Shown piece by piece: positions 1 to 10,294 of a stretch of DNA of 54,380 nucleotides. The notes under the pieces were generated by a model. It was not told the origin of the DNA. It saw only the letters and a program-made list of their open reading frames with translations, and did no database searches. Both the position numbers and the translations under genes were made by a program. Position 1 is the stretch's first letter; the number at the start of each line of letters is the position of its first letter. The DNA comes from an uncultured virus (IMG/VR IMGVR_UViG_3300048913_000302) (lineage: Duplodnaviria; Heunggongvirae; Uroviricota; Caudoviricetes): IMG/VR virus record IMGVR_UViG_3300048913_000302, positions 62,001 to 116,380 of that record, one strand, 5' to 3'.

Positions 1-1
1 A

Positions 2-223
2 CTTCAGCTGGAGAACGGTTTCCTGCCGGAGTACGTGTCGTACGATGACCATGGTGAGTTCGTGATCTCGATCGACAAGAACCTGGTTAACCGTTGGGCG
101 CACGACACTCGACCTTACGCAAAGGAAGACAACTACGTCAACTCATCGAGAGAGTCGAGCTTCCCGACCTTCTACGCCAGTGCGTATCTGTTGGAGATGG
201 GGACTGAGTACATCGAGCAATGA
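2..223 (+). CDS. Hypothetical protein, 5'-truncated by the window edge
   Basis: The frame is open from base 2 to TGA at 221-223 and is followed directly by a terminator hairpin. Confidence 0.7.
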   Translation, partial: LQLENGFLPEYVSYDDHGEFVISIDKNLVNRWAHDTRPYAKEDNYVNSSRESSFPTFYASAYLLEMGTEYIEQ

Positions 224-226
224 CAG

Positions 227-258
227 CATACAGCCGGGGCCAGTGCCCCGGCTGTATG
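227..258. terminator. Bidirectional hairpin terminator
   Basis: CATACAGCCGGGGC-CAGT-GCCCCGGCTGTATG is a perfect 14-bp inverted repeat between convergent genes. Confidence 0.85.
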
Positions 259-262
259 TCGT

Positions 263-532
263 TTACATGGCGATGTTCATCCATGGGTTACCGTTTGCAA
301 CGTGATCACACGAAGCACGGTTACCTGTTCTAACTACCGGCACTCCACCAAGACGCATCCAGGTCGATCCCTCAACCATGACTGGCGCCATGTGTTGTCC
401 AGGACCGTGAGGTGACACAACGTCTCCCAACAGAGAGATCGGTTTGCCCATCACTCTCCATGTAGGTTTGCCTGGACCAATGATCGTACCGCCTGCTTGA
501 GACTCACCTACCAAAGAAACTGGAAGCATCAT
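263..532 (-). CDS. PAAR-repeat spike-tip protein
   Basis: 89 aa with GKPISLLGD and GGVPVVRTG repeats plus His/Cys ligands (PHGPGQH, SCDH). It overlaps the stop of the spike gene. Confidence 0.85.
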   Translation of the reverse strand: MMLPVSLVGESQAGGTIIGPGKPTWRVMGKPISLLGDVVSPHGPGQHMAPVMVEGSTWMRLGGVPVVRTGNRASCDHVANGNPWMNIAM

Positions 533-1422
533 GGACCCCCGTCGAACTGTGGTGATTTGAGAACGGTGCCACCGGCTGTCAGCGTCAAGATGCTGCCGCC
601 ACCATCGATAGATGCAAGCACACCGCCCTTAGCGCGACAGTTCTGCTTGGCATCGAGGTCGATGTTCTGCCCAGCTGTCAGACTGATGTTCTGCCCAGCA
701 TCGAGTTTGATGTCTTTATCAGCCCTGCCTTCGATGTTCTGTGGTGCGTAAGCTTTGATGTCCTTACGGTCCAGCTTGACGAAAGTACCGTCCTGGTTCT
801 GAAGATGAATCAGGTGGTTCTTACTGTTCAGGAGCATCCAGTTGCCGAGGTCGTCGTTCACACTGAACTCACCGCCCGCCAGATCGAAGAACATTTCGTA
901 CGAACAGAACTCACCATTGACCTTCGATGTCTGCAGCGCAACCTTCTTCGAATGGCTGGACATCTCGAACCAATACATGCTTTTGGGATCGAGCGGCATC
1001 TTCTCACCAGGCTTCTGCTCGGTGGTGTTAGCCGAGATACCGAAGATGATGGTTTCAAGTTTCATCAAGTGATCGTCGAGACCCAGGTAACGCCAGTAGT
1101 ACTTTGCCTCGTCCGCCGTCTGGAATAACTCCACCCGCATACCGCGTCGCACCGTTGGAGGTGTCAAACGGTTAGCGCCGGCAGGTAACCACTCACATGG
1201 GATCGTGTTGTTGGTGATGAACCCACCCTGAGTCTCCACACCCTGCGCATCCTGCGACTTGTAGGTCATGGGGGTAGGGTTGTTAGCCAACTCACCGTCG
1301 CGCATCGACAACCACTCTGTGGGCGTCACACGCACGGTGTTGTTGATGGCAGTCCCCGACTTCACCTCGATGTTTTCAGCAACAACCCCGATAGCCACTT
1401 TCTTGAACACCGATGCGTCCAT
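529..1422 (-). CDS. Baseplate central spike (gp5/VgrG-like; phiKZ gp164-like by synteny)
   Basis: OB-fold-like N-terminus (PTVRRGMRVELF) and C-terminal 8-aa beta-helix repeats (ADKDIKLD/AGQNISLT/AGQNIDLD), adjacent to PAAR. Confidence 0.8.
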   Translation of the reverse strand: MDASVFKKVAIGVVAENIEVKSGTAINNTVRVTPTEWLSMRDGELANNPTPMTYKSQDAQGVETQGGFITNNTIPCEWLPAGANRLTPPTVRRGMRVELFQTADEAKYYWRYLGLDDHLMKLETIIFGISANTTEQKPGEKMPLDPKSMYWFEMSSHSKKVALQTSKVNGEFCSYEMFFDLAGGEFSVNDDLGNWMLLNSKNHLIHLQNQDGTFVKLDRKDIKAYAPQNIEGRADKDIKLDAGQNISLTAGQNIDLDAKQNCRAKGGVLASIDGGGSILTLTAGGTVLKSPQFDGGP

Positions 1423-1488
1423 CAGGATCTCCCTCGGTTATTTGTTAATGAAACTTCATATAGTACAGGGCTCTCACGGAGAAGCATC

Positions 1489-3927
1489 GTGTTTTACGAA
1501 GAAATTATTCTTGAGCGTTGTAACCGTACAGCGCTTAACGGTAAGGAACGAGTTGTTATTCGTCCTACCTCTCGGGTTCAAATGGTGCTGGGCACTAACA
1601 GTAGCGGTAAGAGCAGTTTGCTGGAGTTGGGTTTCTCTCCCATCCCACCAGATCCTCACAACTTTGATAAGCCGGGTTTCTGGTCAGTCAAGTTCCACCA
1701 CAAAGGCCGTCACTATCATGAGACTGCTGAGTACGGTGACAAGAACCGCTACACCTTCAGCGTCGATGGTGGGGAGAACCTTAACCGCGGTGGTACCATC
1801 ACCGTTCAGCTGGAGCTGATCAAACAGTATCTTGGTGGTTACGATCGTGATCTGCACGCGTTCTTGACCGGTCAGGAGAAGTCGCGGTTCACTGCGATGG
1901 AAGCCAAACGTCGTCAGCACTGGATCGCCAAGTTCAGCGAGCAAGACTTCACCTACGCTTTCGATCGCTACAACCACTACAAGCGTCAGGCTAACGCCAC
2001 CGACAAGATTGTCGAGTACCTGCGTAGTGAACTGGCAGAAGCTAAACGTCGGATGATGGACCCTGACGATATCGCTTCGATGCGAGCAAAAGCCAAAGAG
2101 CTGCACGATACCCTCGACATGCTCATGATGGAACCCAAGTCCAACGCCGATGAGCGTGACCCGTTCGAGCTGTTGTCGGATCTGGAAAGGACCATCGACA
2201 GCATCGCCATGTTCCTCGATTGCGAGTATCCGAAGACTGAAGGGGCTTTGGGTATGGATCAGCTGATTCAGTTCAAGGCCGATGCTGAGGCTCAACTCAA
2301 TACCCTGCAAGGCGAGCTCAACGTACGTGCTCAACGACTGACCGACTGCGAGCAGCGTAAAGGGCGTGCAGCGGCTCTGACCGAAGTCTCCCCTGAGACG
2401 ATCGAGAACGAGCTAGCACGGCTGCGAGAGGAGCTCTCAGAGGTACCTACGTTGCGTACGGGTATCCATGAGTCGCTGTTGATCCCTGCGTCTCAGATTG
2501 CAAACGATCTTCGGTGGATTATCGCCGACCTTCCGTCTGAGAAACCAGCAGAAGCCGATGCTACGTCTAAGCAAGAAACCATCCATCAGGCTGAGATCCG
2601 TCTTGGCAAGATTGTCGGTTTGCTTGAGTCGCTCAAGCAGAATGCTGACTACATCCACAAATGCGAAGAAGTGGAATGTCCTGATTGCCACAGTCGCTTC
2701 AAGCCGGGTATCAAGCCAGGTGAGTTGGAAGCACTGCAAGCTCGGATCAACCAGGGCGAGGCGCTGGCAGAGAGCGAGTCCATGCGAGTGCGTAAGCTCG
2801 AAGAAGAGCTGAGCGACATGGTAGCTGTCTTGAATGCGTATCGTCGTCTGGATGAGTTCAGGGATCGTTACAGCAGCACGTACAGTGGTCTGTTCTCGTT
2901 CTTCGATCGGTTCGGGTGGAAAGACCTCGGCAAAGAGATTCTGTCGAAGTTTGCTATCTACGAAGGCGACGTCACCGTAGCGGCTAAACGTCAACGTTTG
3001 GAAAGTAACATCACCACACTCGAGAATGCGCTGCGTAACATGAAGCTTGAGGCTGGTGAGTTGGCAGGTGCGTTTGCTGACTACGATGCTGCATTGGCTG
3101 AGTACAACTTGTTGTTCGCTCGAGTTGGAGATGCGAAGCGTCGCAAGGCTCGTATCGAGACAGCTTACTTCAAGATGGTTGAGTGGGAACGTAAGGTCGA
3201 AGACTGTGAACGTGCGTACGAATCACTGCGCGGTAAACTGATCGACTACATGAACCTGCAAGGTGACCACGCCATCATGGAACTCATCAGGAAGACGAAA
3301 GTCACCTTGGGTATCCATGAAGCTGCACTCAATGAGAATGAAACCTACGAGACCTTGGCTAAGGACTTGGAGAACAAACTCAAGCAGGCGCTCGTTCGGC
3401 AGGAAGGTTACAACGGTCTGGTAGCTGCCATGTCTCCGAAGAACGGTCTGATCGCAGAACACATCCAGAACCAACTGGGTCGTATTCTGGGTTGTGCAAA
3501 CAACGTGATCGAATCGGTCTGGGGTTACTCACTTCACATCGAAGCTGGGGAACCGGGTGAGACGGAAGTTGACTACAAGTTCCCGATGATCGTTGGGGAT
3601 ACGCCACGTCCAGATATCAGTGCAGGCAGCACCAGCGTGAAGGACATCGTCAATCAGTCGATGCGTCTGACTGGCTATGAATGCATGGACCTGACTGACT
3701 ACCCACTGTGGATCGATGAGCTCGGTGGTACGTTCGATGCCGCTCACCGTCAGAACCTGATTCCGTTCCTGAAGAGCCTGATCGATAATCCTCGCTTCTC
3801 GCAAGTGTTGATCATCAGTCACAGCTTAGATGGGCAGACTGCGTTCCCGGGCGCTGAGATCATCATCCTCGATGACCGCAACATCAACTTCCCTCACACC
3901 TACAATCAACATGTGGAGTTCTCATGA
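1489..3927 (+). CDS. sbcC: SbcC/Rad50-like SMC-family ATPase
   Basis: Walker A GTNSSGKS, long coiled coils with central zinc-hook CPDC, Walker B WIDE and H-loop IISH. Confidence 0.9.
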   Translation: MFYEEIILERCNRTALNGKERVVIRPTSRVQMVLGTNSSGKSSLLELGFSPIPPDPHNFDKPGFWSVKFHHKGRHYHETAEYGDKNRYTFSVDGGENLNRGGTITVQLELIKQYLGGYDRDLHAFLTGQEKSRFTAMEAKRRQHWIAKFSEQDFTYAFDRYNHYKRQANATDKIVEYLRSELAEAKRRMMDPDDIASMRAKAKELHDTLDMLMMEPKSNADERDPFELLSDLERTIDSIAMFLDCEYPKTEGALGMDQLIQFKADAEAQLNTLQGELNVRAQRLTDCEQRKGRAAALTEVSPETIENELARLREELSEVPTLRTGIHESLLIPASQIANDLRWIIADLPSEKPAEADATSKQETIHQAEIRLGKIVGLLESLKQNADYIHKCEEVECPDCHSRFKPGIKPGELEALQARINQGEALAESESMRVRKLEEELSDMVAVLNAYRRLDEFRDRYSSTYSGLFSFFDRFGWKDLGKEILSKFAIYEGDVTVAAKRQRLESNITTLENALRNMKLEAGELAGAFADYDAALAEYNLLFARVGDAKRRKARIETAYFKMVEWERKVEDCERAYESLRGKLIDYMNLQGDHAIMELIRKTKVTLGIHEAALNENETYETLAKDLENKLKQALVRQEGYNGLVAAMSPKNGLIAEHIQNQLGRILGCANNVIESVWGYSLHIEAGEPGETEVDYKFPMIVGDTPRPDISAGSTSVKDIVNQSMRLTGYECMDLTDYPLWIDELGGTFDAAHRQNLIPFLKSLIDNPRFSQVLIISHSLDGQTAFPGAEIIILDDRNINFPHTYNQHVEFS

Positions 3928-4106
3928 AGTTTGCATTGATCACTATGTTCTTGGCTTTTGGTTGGTTCTTCGTAGTCCCATCGATGTGCAAACCCAATGA
4001 CTGGTTGTGTCGGTTCTACCTGTCGGCATTTGTAGCGGTTGGTTGCGCGTGGACTTTCGAGGATATCGCCATCAAGTATGGATTAACTGCGTGGCTTGGT
4101 ATTTGA
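3924..4106 (+). CDS. Small membrane protein
   Basis: ATGA overlap with sbcC, GGAG RBS, two hydrophobic segments. Confidence 0.65.
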   Translation: MKFALITMFLAFGWFFVVPSMCKPNDWLCRFYLSAFVAVGCAWTFEDIAIKYGLTAWLGI

Positions 4107-4119
4107 TCTGGGAGGTTGC

Positions 4120-4317
4120 ATGGACCTGACTCACGCTGCCATCTACTACTCGATGTGGATCGCCGCTTCCTATCTGTCAATCTTGTTGTTGCGGTGGTCT
4201 GCGTTATTGATCATCCCGACGTGGTGGGAGCACTTAGCCCTCGCCGTCATGACAGGACTCTTAGCAGGAGCTGGGTGGTATTCGTTTGTTCGCGAAATGA
4301 AGTGGTATCTATACTGA
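4120..4317 (+). CDS. Small membrane protein
   Basis: GGGAGG RBS before ATG 4120, two hydrophobic segments, ends at a terminator. Confidence 0.65.
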   Translation: MDLTHAAIYYSMWIAASYLSILLLRWSALLIIPTWWEHLALAVMTGLLAGAGWYSFVREMKWYLY

Positions 4318-4321
4318 GACA

Positions 4322-4355
4322 GCATACAGCCGGGGCGAGTGCCCCGGCTGTATGC
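4322..4355. terminator. Bidirectional hairpin terminator
   Basis: GCATACAGCCGGGGC-GAGT-GCCCCGGCTGTATGC, nearly identical to the hairpin at 227-258. Confidence 0.85.
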
Positions 4356-4362
4356 CCTTACT

Positions 4363-5001
4363 TTACGGAGGAGTGCCTTCCAGCTCTTCAATGCGCGCTT
4401 GCAACTGCTCGACGAGTTCCATCAAGGCTGCTTCGTTCGCACGACTGTTCGCCAGATCGTTGATCAACCGCAGGTTCTCTGCGTAGACAGAAGTCCGGTT
4501 CTTGATTGCAGCGTTACGTGCATTCAAGTCTTGGACGTACTGTTCTTGTGTGATCGCTGAGGTCACCGGTGCTCTGGCTACGAACACCTGCGCAGGAACA
4601 CCGACGTGCTCTGAGATGGCGTCACTCACCGCTTGTTGCAACGCAGTGGTGTCGTACATGTCAGGCAGCATTCCACAGCTGGCCGATACCACCACCCAAC
4701 TGTGCGGTACCACACCCATGTCCGGATACGACTCGATGTACGTGTCCGGTACATGGATCGCCGCTTCAGTGGCTGACGTCAGCGTGACGATAACCGCCCC
4801 AGCTGCTTGGTCAGATGCATACGCCGTTTCGTCAAGCCCTACAGGCCGGTACACCAAATCCATCGGATCGATCTTCTGATCAATGATGTCCTTGAAGTTC
4901 CGGTGTGCATCTACCTTGTAGGCAACCGTAGCCGTAGCCCGGTAAGGAGCTCGTAGGATGAAGAGTCCTACTGAGTTCATTGGTGGTGTGACTCTGGCCA
5001 T
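4363..5001 (-). CDS. Putative virion structural protein
   Basis: 212-aa ORF with C-terminal coiled coil, coupled to the upstream gene, in a structural-gene context. Confidence 0.6.
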   Translation of the reverse strand: MARVTPPMNSVGLFILRAPYRATATVAYKVDAHRNFKDIIDQKIDPMDLVYRPVGLDETAYASDQAAGAVIVTLTSATEAAIHVPDTYIESYPDMGVVPHSWVVVSASCGMLPDMYDTTALQQAVSDAISEHVGVPAQVFVARAPVTSAITQEQYVQDLNARNAAIKNRTSVYAENLRLINDLANSRANEAALMELVEQLQARIEELEGTPP

Positions 5002-5003
5002 GT

Positions 5004-6326
5004 TTAGGCCTCCAGTTGTTCAACGCTGTACTTCGTCACCACAAGGTAGAGGAACTTCTTGTACGACTTGGCGATGTAGACCACACCATCACGCACCACG
5101 CGGTTGAAGCCTTGAGGGACACCAGAGTTCAGCGTCATCTCTTCAGCCTCGAGCAGCATCTTCGACAGCATGTAGACGAAGTTGCGGGTCTCTTCCGACA
5201 TGCGCATGAAGTCAGGGTGCAGCGGCGGTACGCCGATGTAGTCCGGATAGCGCTCGTAGAACATGTCGATGCCATCACGGTTCTCAGGACCACCGACGAT
5301 TGCAGCAGACGCCGATTTGTGCGTGGTCACGATGCCGCTGATGACGGTGTCGATGTGCAGGTCGGTATACCTAACCCCTTTACAAGTGCGATGACACAGT
5401 GCCATTGCCTTCTGGAAAGGTATATTCCCCGAGTAGACCCCAGTCTCCCTGACCTGGTTAGGGATCGCATAATCGTTCCAGAGTGGGGTGATGATAAACT
5501 CGGTCGAAGTAAAAATATCGGGGAAGATCTCCGCCCACTCATCCCGAGTGTGGGTGGTGTGATCCATGATGTAATCGCGGATCGCTTCCTTGACGGCGTC
5601 GAGGTTGTCGCCAGCCAGACCGTAGTGCGCAGTCACCCAGTTGGTATCCACCTTCAGGGTTTTGTCGTTACGGTCTTGCCAAGTGAACACGTCGTTACGC
5701 TGCGTGGTCTGTGGATAATCACCCACAGCGATTCGCAAGCGGTCGAACATGTCGCTCTGCTCGACGTTAGCAATCATCTCTTTGACGTCGTTGTAGTCGT
5801 CGAAGAAACGATCGAGCTCTTCAATCGGTGGGATCACCAGGATCAGGAACTCGTCGTACTGGTTCTCGAACGACTCGTTGGCGAACCACACCTTCCACCG
5901 GAATTCACCCGACTGTTCGAACGGAGCGATCTCGATGAACTCAGGCGCCCAGTAATTGCCGAAAGCAATCATCGAGCCAGAGCCGATCAAGTCGTACTCA
6001 GCGCCCATCGCAGCAATGAACTGCTGTTGGAAGTCAACCTGGTTCTCGGTGAACTTCGACAGACGTGCCTGGTTGTAGACCCAGTTGATCGCCTTCAGGA
6101 CTTTGTACGCATCAGCGTCAGAGATCCGATCTGGCGTATCGTCGGTACGGTGGGAGAAACCGACCAACATCTCGCCGAGGAAGTCCCCGTGAGTGTGTTC
6201 GGTAAGATCACGAGCGAAGGTACGGCTACGAGTGGACAGTTCGCCCACCGATGCCACGACCTTTGGAGCGTTGTCGGTCAGTGGACCGATCTGAGCAAAG
6301 CCCTTAAAGATTTTCACGTTACGCAC
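5004..6326 (-). CDS. Putative virion structural protein (phiKZ gp157-like by synteny)
   Basis: 440-aa ORF, GAGG RBS before GTG, divergent from the spanin-like/RNase H unit. Confidence 0.6.
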   Translation of the reverse strand: MRNVKIFKGFAQIGPLTDNAPKVVASVGELSTRSRTFARDLTEHTHGDFLGEMLVGFSHRTDDTPDRISDADAYKVLKAINWVYNQARLSKFTENQVDFQQQFIAAMGAEYDLIGSGSMIAFGNYWAPEFIEIAPFEQSGEFRWKVWFANESFENQYDEFLILVIPPIEELDRFFDDYNDVKEMIANVEQSDMFDRLRIAVGDYPQTTQRNDVFTWQDRNDKTLKVDTNWVTAHYGLAGDNLDAVKEAIRDYIMDHTTHTRDEWAEIFPDIFTSTEFIITPLWNDYAIPNQVRETGVYSGNIPFQKAMALCHRTCKGVRYTDLHIDTVISGIVTTHKSASAAIVGGPENRDGIDMFYERYPDYIGVPPLHPDFMRMSEETRNFVYMLSKMLLEAEEMTLNSGVPQGFNRVVRDGVVYIAKSYKKFLYLVVTKYSVEQLEA

Positions 6327-6422
6327 CTCGGCGTGAAATATATGACTGCGGACCTATGTAATAAGTTACAATGGATAGGCTAAAATCATAGTATTTTTCA
6401 AGACGTCAAAGAGGATGACGAG

Positions 6423-6863
6423 GTGGGATCTTCTACTGTACTTCTCGTATTGAAGTCTCTCCTACCTTTTCTTAAGGAGATTCTTTTAAAAGACCGGTTG
6501 TTGCGCGAGCTTCTGCTCGAAAATAAAGTCGCAACCATCTTAGCCGGCTGCGTGTTCTTCCTATTCATTTTGGTCGCACACGTTTCCGAAATTGCCACCG
6601 AGTCTGCTAGAGCCAACGACGGCTTGAAGTTGACCAACAGTCATTTATTGGAGAGCAACCAGGACCTCAAGGATAGGGTAGCAAAACTGGAGGAGGAACT
6701 GCGCGAAATGCGATTGGGTCCTCCAAGTCCCGAAGGTCCTAGTGAACATCATCTTCCACAACCCCCAGAGCCTGTAGTGCAGCCAAAGACTGCGCCGAAG
6801 AAAAAGAAGCAGCCACAGAGCTTACGTTCACAAATCGAACTTCGGTTCAAGACCTTCGAATAG
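6423..6863 (+). CDS. Membrane protein, putative i-spanin
   Basis: TM segment VATILAGCVFFLFILVA, then a coiled coil and a Pro-rich linker. It precedes a lipoprotein gene. Confidence 0.55.
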   Translation: MGSSTVLLVLKSLLPFLKEILLKDRLLRELLLENKVATILAGCVFFLFILVAHVSEIATESARANDGLKLTNSHLLESNQDLKDRVAKLEEELREMRLGPPSPEGPSEHHLPQPPEPVVQPKTAPKKKKQPQSLRSQIELRFKTFE

Positions 6864-6878
6864 TCGGACCCACGAGCC

Positions 6879-7277
6879 ATGATCATAAACCACAGAGCGG
6901 TCGCAAGACGTCCACTTCTCCAACTCCCGCTGTTACTCATCGTGAGCCTTGCGATGGGGTCGTGTGCACCACTGACACCCAACATCAACATCAACGTGTC
7001 GATGTCTCAGGAAGAGATGGTCAAGCAGCGCAAACGATTAGCTTCAGCCAAGGAGTTTGAGAAGACGATCAACAAGGTCGACAGTAACAAATGCAAGCCG
7101 TTGACCAAAGAAGAGATCGAGCGCTACAAGTATCCGGCCCTACCCGATCTGTCTAAGTTCGGGGAGAACGACAAAGAAGCCATCGCCAACGCCCTAGCCG
7201 AACATGTCGGCGAACTACGCGGTGAGCTCGGCGTCCTACTGACTCGTTTCAAATGTACCCAAGCCCAAGGCGAATAG
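6879..7277 (+). CDS. Lipoprotein, putative o-spanin
   Basis: Basic N-terminus, hydrophobic core and lipobox-like LAMGS-C, with two further Cys. Confidence 0.55.
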   Translation: MIINHRAVARRPLLQLPLLLIVSLAMGSCAPLTPNININVSMSQEEMVKQRKRLASAKEFEKTINKVDSNKCKPLTKEEIERYKYPALPDLSKFGENDKEAIANALAEHVGELRGELGVLLTRFKCTQAQGE

Positions 7278-7331
7278 TCAAAAGCTACAAAACCTCGCAA
7301 TGGTCTAGAACGAGTTAGAAGGGAATTCGCA

Positions 7332-8807
7332 ATGTCCGAACAACCAGTGGCTACCAAAGCCATTCTCTACGCCGATGGTGGTTTTGATCTCGAGAAGAGG
7401 ATCGGCGGTTGGGGAGTCCACGGATACACCTATTTTGACGAAGAGCCCAAACGTGGTACCGGCAATCCTAAAGCGATACCGTCGGACAAGGGTTATATCT
7501 TCGAAGACAACGTCGGTAACAAAGTCACGATCGCACAGTACGTCGACATCCTCGGTGGCGGTCGTGATTGGGGCAGTAACAACGAAGTAGAAGTGATCGC
7601 TCTGATCCATGCTCTCAAGTGGTTGAAGGAAAATCCTCAGATCACTCATGTACTCATTCGGTCGGATTCGAAGTTTGCAATCCAGGGTACTACCGAATGG
7701 CTCGAGAAATGGTTGAAGCGTAACTGGATGACACCTCGAGGTGAGCCGGTTAAGTATCGCAAGACGTGGGAAGAAACCAAAGAGCTGTACGACGGCTTGA
7801 TGGAATCGATGGAGTCATTGACCATCAACCACGTCAAGGGGCATTCGGGCGATCCGGGTAACTCCAAAGCAGACGCGTTGGCGACTCGCGGTAAGGTGTT
7901 GGGTCGTAACCGAGACGCTCGGATCTTCACGACCGTCAAGGAAGCGCAAGGGTATTGGAAGACTGCCAGTCAGTGTCCTCGCATCTTGCAGGCACCTCGG
8001 TGGTACTTCTACACAGGCGACGAGAACCACGTCCGTGAGGATGGGTCCCACATCTACTACGTCGGCTGTCATGGCGGTAAGGACAAGGAAGACGATCTGG
8101 CCGGTAAGCCGTATGCCGATAACTTCCTGGGGGTGGTGTACGTACCGGAGCCGGAGCCTGTACTTGAGAAGCTGCGGGTAGCAGCCTACGATCGAGATCC
8201 ATTGAAACACGGCAAGTTGGTCTTGGGTCACCTCGACGCCATCTTCTCGCCGAAGACGTATCAAGACCTGACGGAATACGGACCCACCTTCTTGGTGTCT
8301 CACAAGAAGCGTCTGGACATCACGGATGCGAAGGACAACATCATCATGACTGAGCAGAAGCCTTTAGGTCTCGGCTTCCGTCAAGTGGCGATGTGGGAAA
8401 GTCTGTCGAGGCATCTCGACAAGGTATTGGGGGCTGACTCGAGCCACCGGATTACAGATCTGACGGACTTACTGTATGAGGCCCAAGGGAAGAAACAAAC
8501 CCTTAAGCTCAAACCGAAGTACACACAGATCGTGAAGTATCTCGACATTGACGTCGAGTTTAATCTGGAAGTCTCGGGCGATGAACCTAAACCGTTCATC
8601 GGAAACGTACGCCTGATCTTTGGTGGTGATATTCTCACAAGGAACCAGCTGGCGGCTATCTCTGAAGAAGTCAAGTCCGTTAAGGTCGTGACGTGGAGAG
8701 AGTCGGAGTTAGTGGGGAGATACGCCACACTGGTAGAGCTGACGACTGGCGAAATTGGGTTATGGGCCAGGACTGAAGCAAATCTGTACTATCGTCAGAT
8801 CGGGTAG
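7332..8807 (+). CDS. rnhA: RNase HI-domain protein with long C-terminal extension
   Basis: Motifs LYADGG, SNNEVE, IRSDSKF and HVKGHSGDPGNSKADALA. Confidence 0.9.
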   Translation: MSEQPVATKAILYADGGFDLEKRIGGWGVHGYTYFDEEPKRGTGNPKAIPSDKGYIFEDNVGNKVTIAQYVDILGGGRDWGSNNEVEVIALIHALKWLKENPQITHVLIRSDSKFAIQGTTEWLEKWLKRNWMTPRGEPVKYRKTWEETKELYDGLMESMESLTINHVKGHSGDPGNSKADALATRGKVLGRNRDARIFTTVKEAQGYWKTASQCPRILQAPRWYFYTGDENHVREDGSHIYYVGCHGGKDKEDDLAGKPYADNFLGVVYVPEPEPVLEKLRVAAYDRDPLKHGKLVLGHLDAIFSPKTYQDLTEYGPTFLVSHKKRLDITDAKDNIIMTEQKPLGLGFRQVAMWESLSRHLDKVLGADSSHRITDLTDLLYEAQGKKQTLKLKPKYTQIVKYLDIDVEFNLEVSGDEPKPFIGNVRLIFGGDILTRNQLAAISEEVKSVKVVTWRESELVGRYATLVELTTGEIGLWARTEANLYYRQIG

Positions 8808-8835
8808 CCACTCACTAGCCGTAGAGGATTTCTCT

Positions 8836-9246
8836 ATGAGTACTGGTAAGCAAGTGTCCGTCATTGCCCAGACGGGACACCCCGAGAGTGTTGATGTCCC
8901 GGAATCGGCAGCTGGTCGTTTGAAGCGGATGATGTTCGTCGCTTCGTTATACTTCCGACTCCGGGGCGTTAAGGACCCTACTCGGGCTGAACTGGACGAG
9001 GTGAACCAACGGTTCCATCTGGTTCAGGACAATCGCGCATTGCGGTTCCCGGCAGCCTGCTCGAACATGATCTGGGGAAAACTGGATCTGCCGGGCATGT
9101 TCGCCAAATACAAGGCGGGTAATGCGTCGATGTCTGCCCTGGCAATGGAAGTGCTGAACGAAGTACCTCGCTGGATGAAATACGGTGATGGCCGAGCGTT
9201 ACGTCAAGACATGCAAGCTGTGTTCGAAAGCGTGCGCCGGCACTAA
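8836..9246 (+). CDS. Conserved-type hypothetical protein
   Basis: GAGG RBS before ATG 8836; ends just before a terminator. Confidence 0.7.
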   Translation: MSTGKQVSVIAQTGHPESVDVPESAAGRLKRMMFVASLYFRLRGVKDPTRAELDEVNQRFHLVQDNRALRFPAACSNMIWGKLDLPGMFAKYKAGNASMSALAMEVLNEVPRWMKYGDGRALRQDMQAVFESVRRH

Positions 9247-9257
9247 GCTGCGGACGG

Positions 9258-9290
9258 CATAGTGGCGTGGGCAATGCCCACGCCACTATG
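9258..9290. terminator. Bidirectional hairpin terminator
   Basis: CATAGTGGCGTGGGC-AAT-GCCCACGCCACTATG between convergent genes. Confidence 0.85.
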
Positions 9291-9298
9291 GTTTTGCT

Positions 9299-10222
9299 TT
9301 ATGCTGCTGCGTCGTCTTTCTTCTTCGGCAGTTGACCGAGGATGCTGTCGACGTTGCGCTGCATGGCTTCGGAGTGTTGACGAGCCATTTCGATCAGCAC
9401 ACTGCACGCGGTGACGGTCACGCCAAGACGGTAGAACAGATCAGACATCTGACCAGCCGAGAGACCCGAGACTTCTGGCTTGTCGCCTTCTTCCTCGTTC
9501 AGCAGCTTGTTCAGGTGACCGCTCAGATCGCCGATACGGGTTACCAGATCCTGAGCACGCTTGAAGTCGATCTTGCCAAGCGTCTCGTTCCAGACGTTGG
9601 TCAGTCGGTAGACTTCAGTCATGTCGGCGTTACGACCCATGACGTCGCTGACCTTGGCCTGAGACTTGCTACCGTCCTTGAAGTAGCTCTTGACTTCATC
9701 CAGCTTGTCGGAGCTCACCAGCGTCAAGTGTTGTTCCAGATCGCGGATACCGGACTGAGCCTTCATGCGGTCAGGTTCGTTCAGGATCTGAGCCAGACGG
9801 GTAACGGTCACCTTGAGGGTGGTTTCGATACCTACGCCAGCTGGCAGGATGTCGTGAACAATCAGCTTGAGGAAGTTCGGCAGGTTGCCGGTGAAGCCTG
9901 GAGCGACTTCGAAGGTCAGTTTGCGGTTCTCGCTGTACGGCTCAGCCACGTACCGCTGCAACATCTCGGTAGCGTTGATCTGCGCAGTCACTTTGTTGCC
10001 AAAGCTCAGCGACTGGAGGAAGTGATGTACGCGCTGGACGTAATCGAAGAACTTGGATTTGGTGGAGTCGATGAACGCCAACGCCTTCGATTCGTTCGAT
10101 ACCGAAGAACCCAGAGCGATGATCTCATCGAGTTTAGAGAGGTGCTCTTGCGAGACCTGTTTGTACAGTTCATTGAAGTTCGACATAACGGACGATATCC
10201 CAAGAAGATGGTGTTTAGTCAT
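9299..10222 (-). CDS. Putative virion head protein (phiKZ gp153-like by synteny)
   Basis: 307 aa, helical, with N-terminal SQE and SNE motifs matching S-x-E protease sites; divergent from uvsX. Confidence 0.55.
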   Translation of the reverse strand: MTKHHLLGISSVMSNFNELYKQVSQEHLSKLDEIIALGSSVSNESKALAFIDSTKSKFFDYVQRVHHFLQSLSFGNKVTAQINATEMLQRYVAEPYSENRKLTFEVAPGFTGNLPNFLKLIVHDILPAGVGIETTLKVTVTRLAQILNEPDRMKAQSGIRDLEQHLTLVSSDKLDEVKSYFKDGSKSQAKVSDVMGRNADMTEVYRLTNVWNETLGKIDFKRAQDLVTRIGDLSGHLNKLLNEEEGDKPEVSGLSAGQMSDLFYRLGVTVTACSVLIEMARQHSEAMQRNVDSILGQLPKKKDDAAA

Positions 10223-10294
10223 ACCAGACTATTATTTTACTGACGGTCCTTATTCTGTGGATCACTTAACCGCACCCCCGGGGAATTCAAACAC

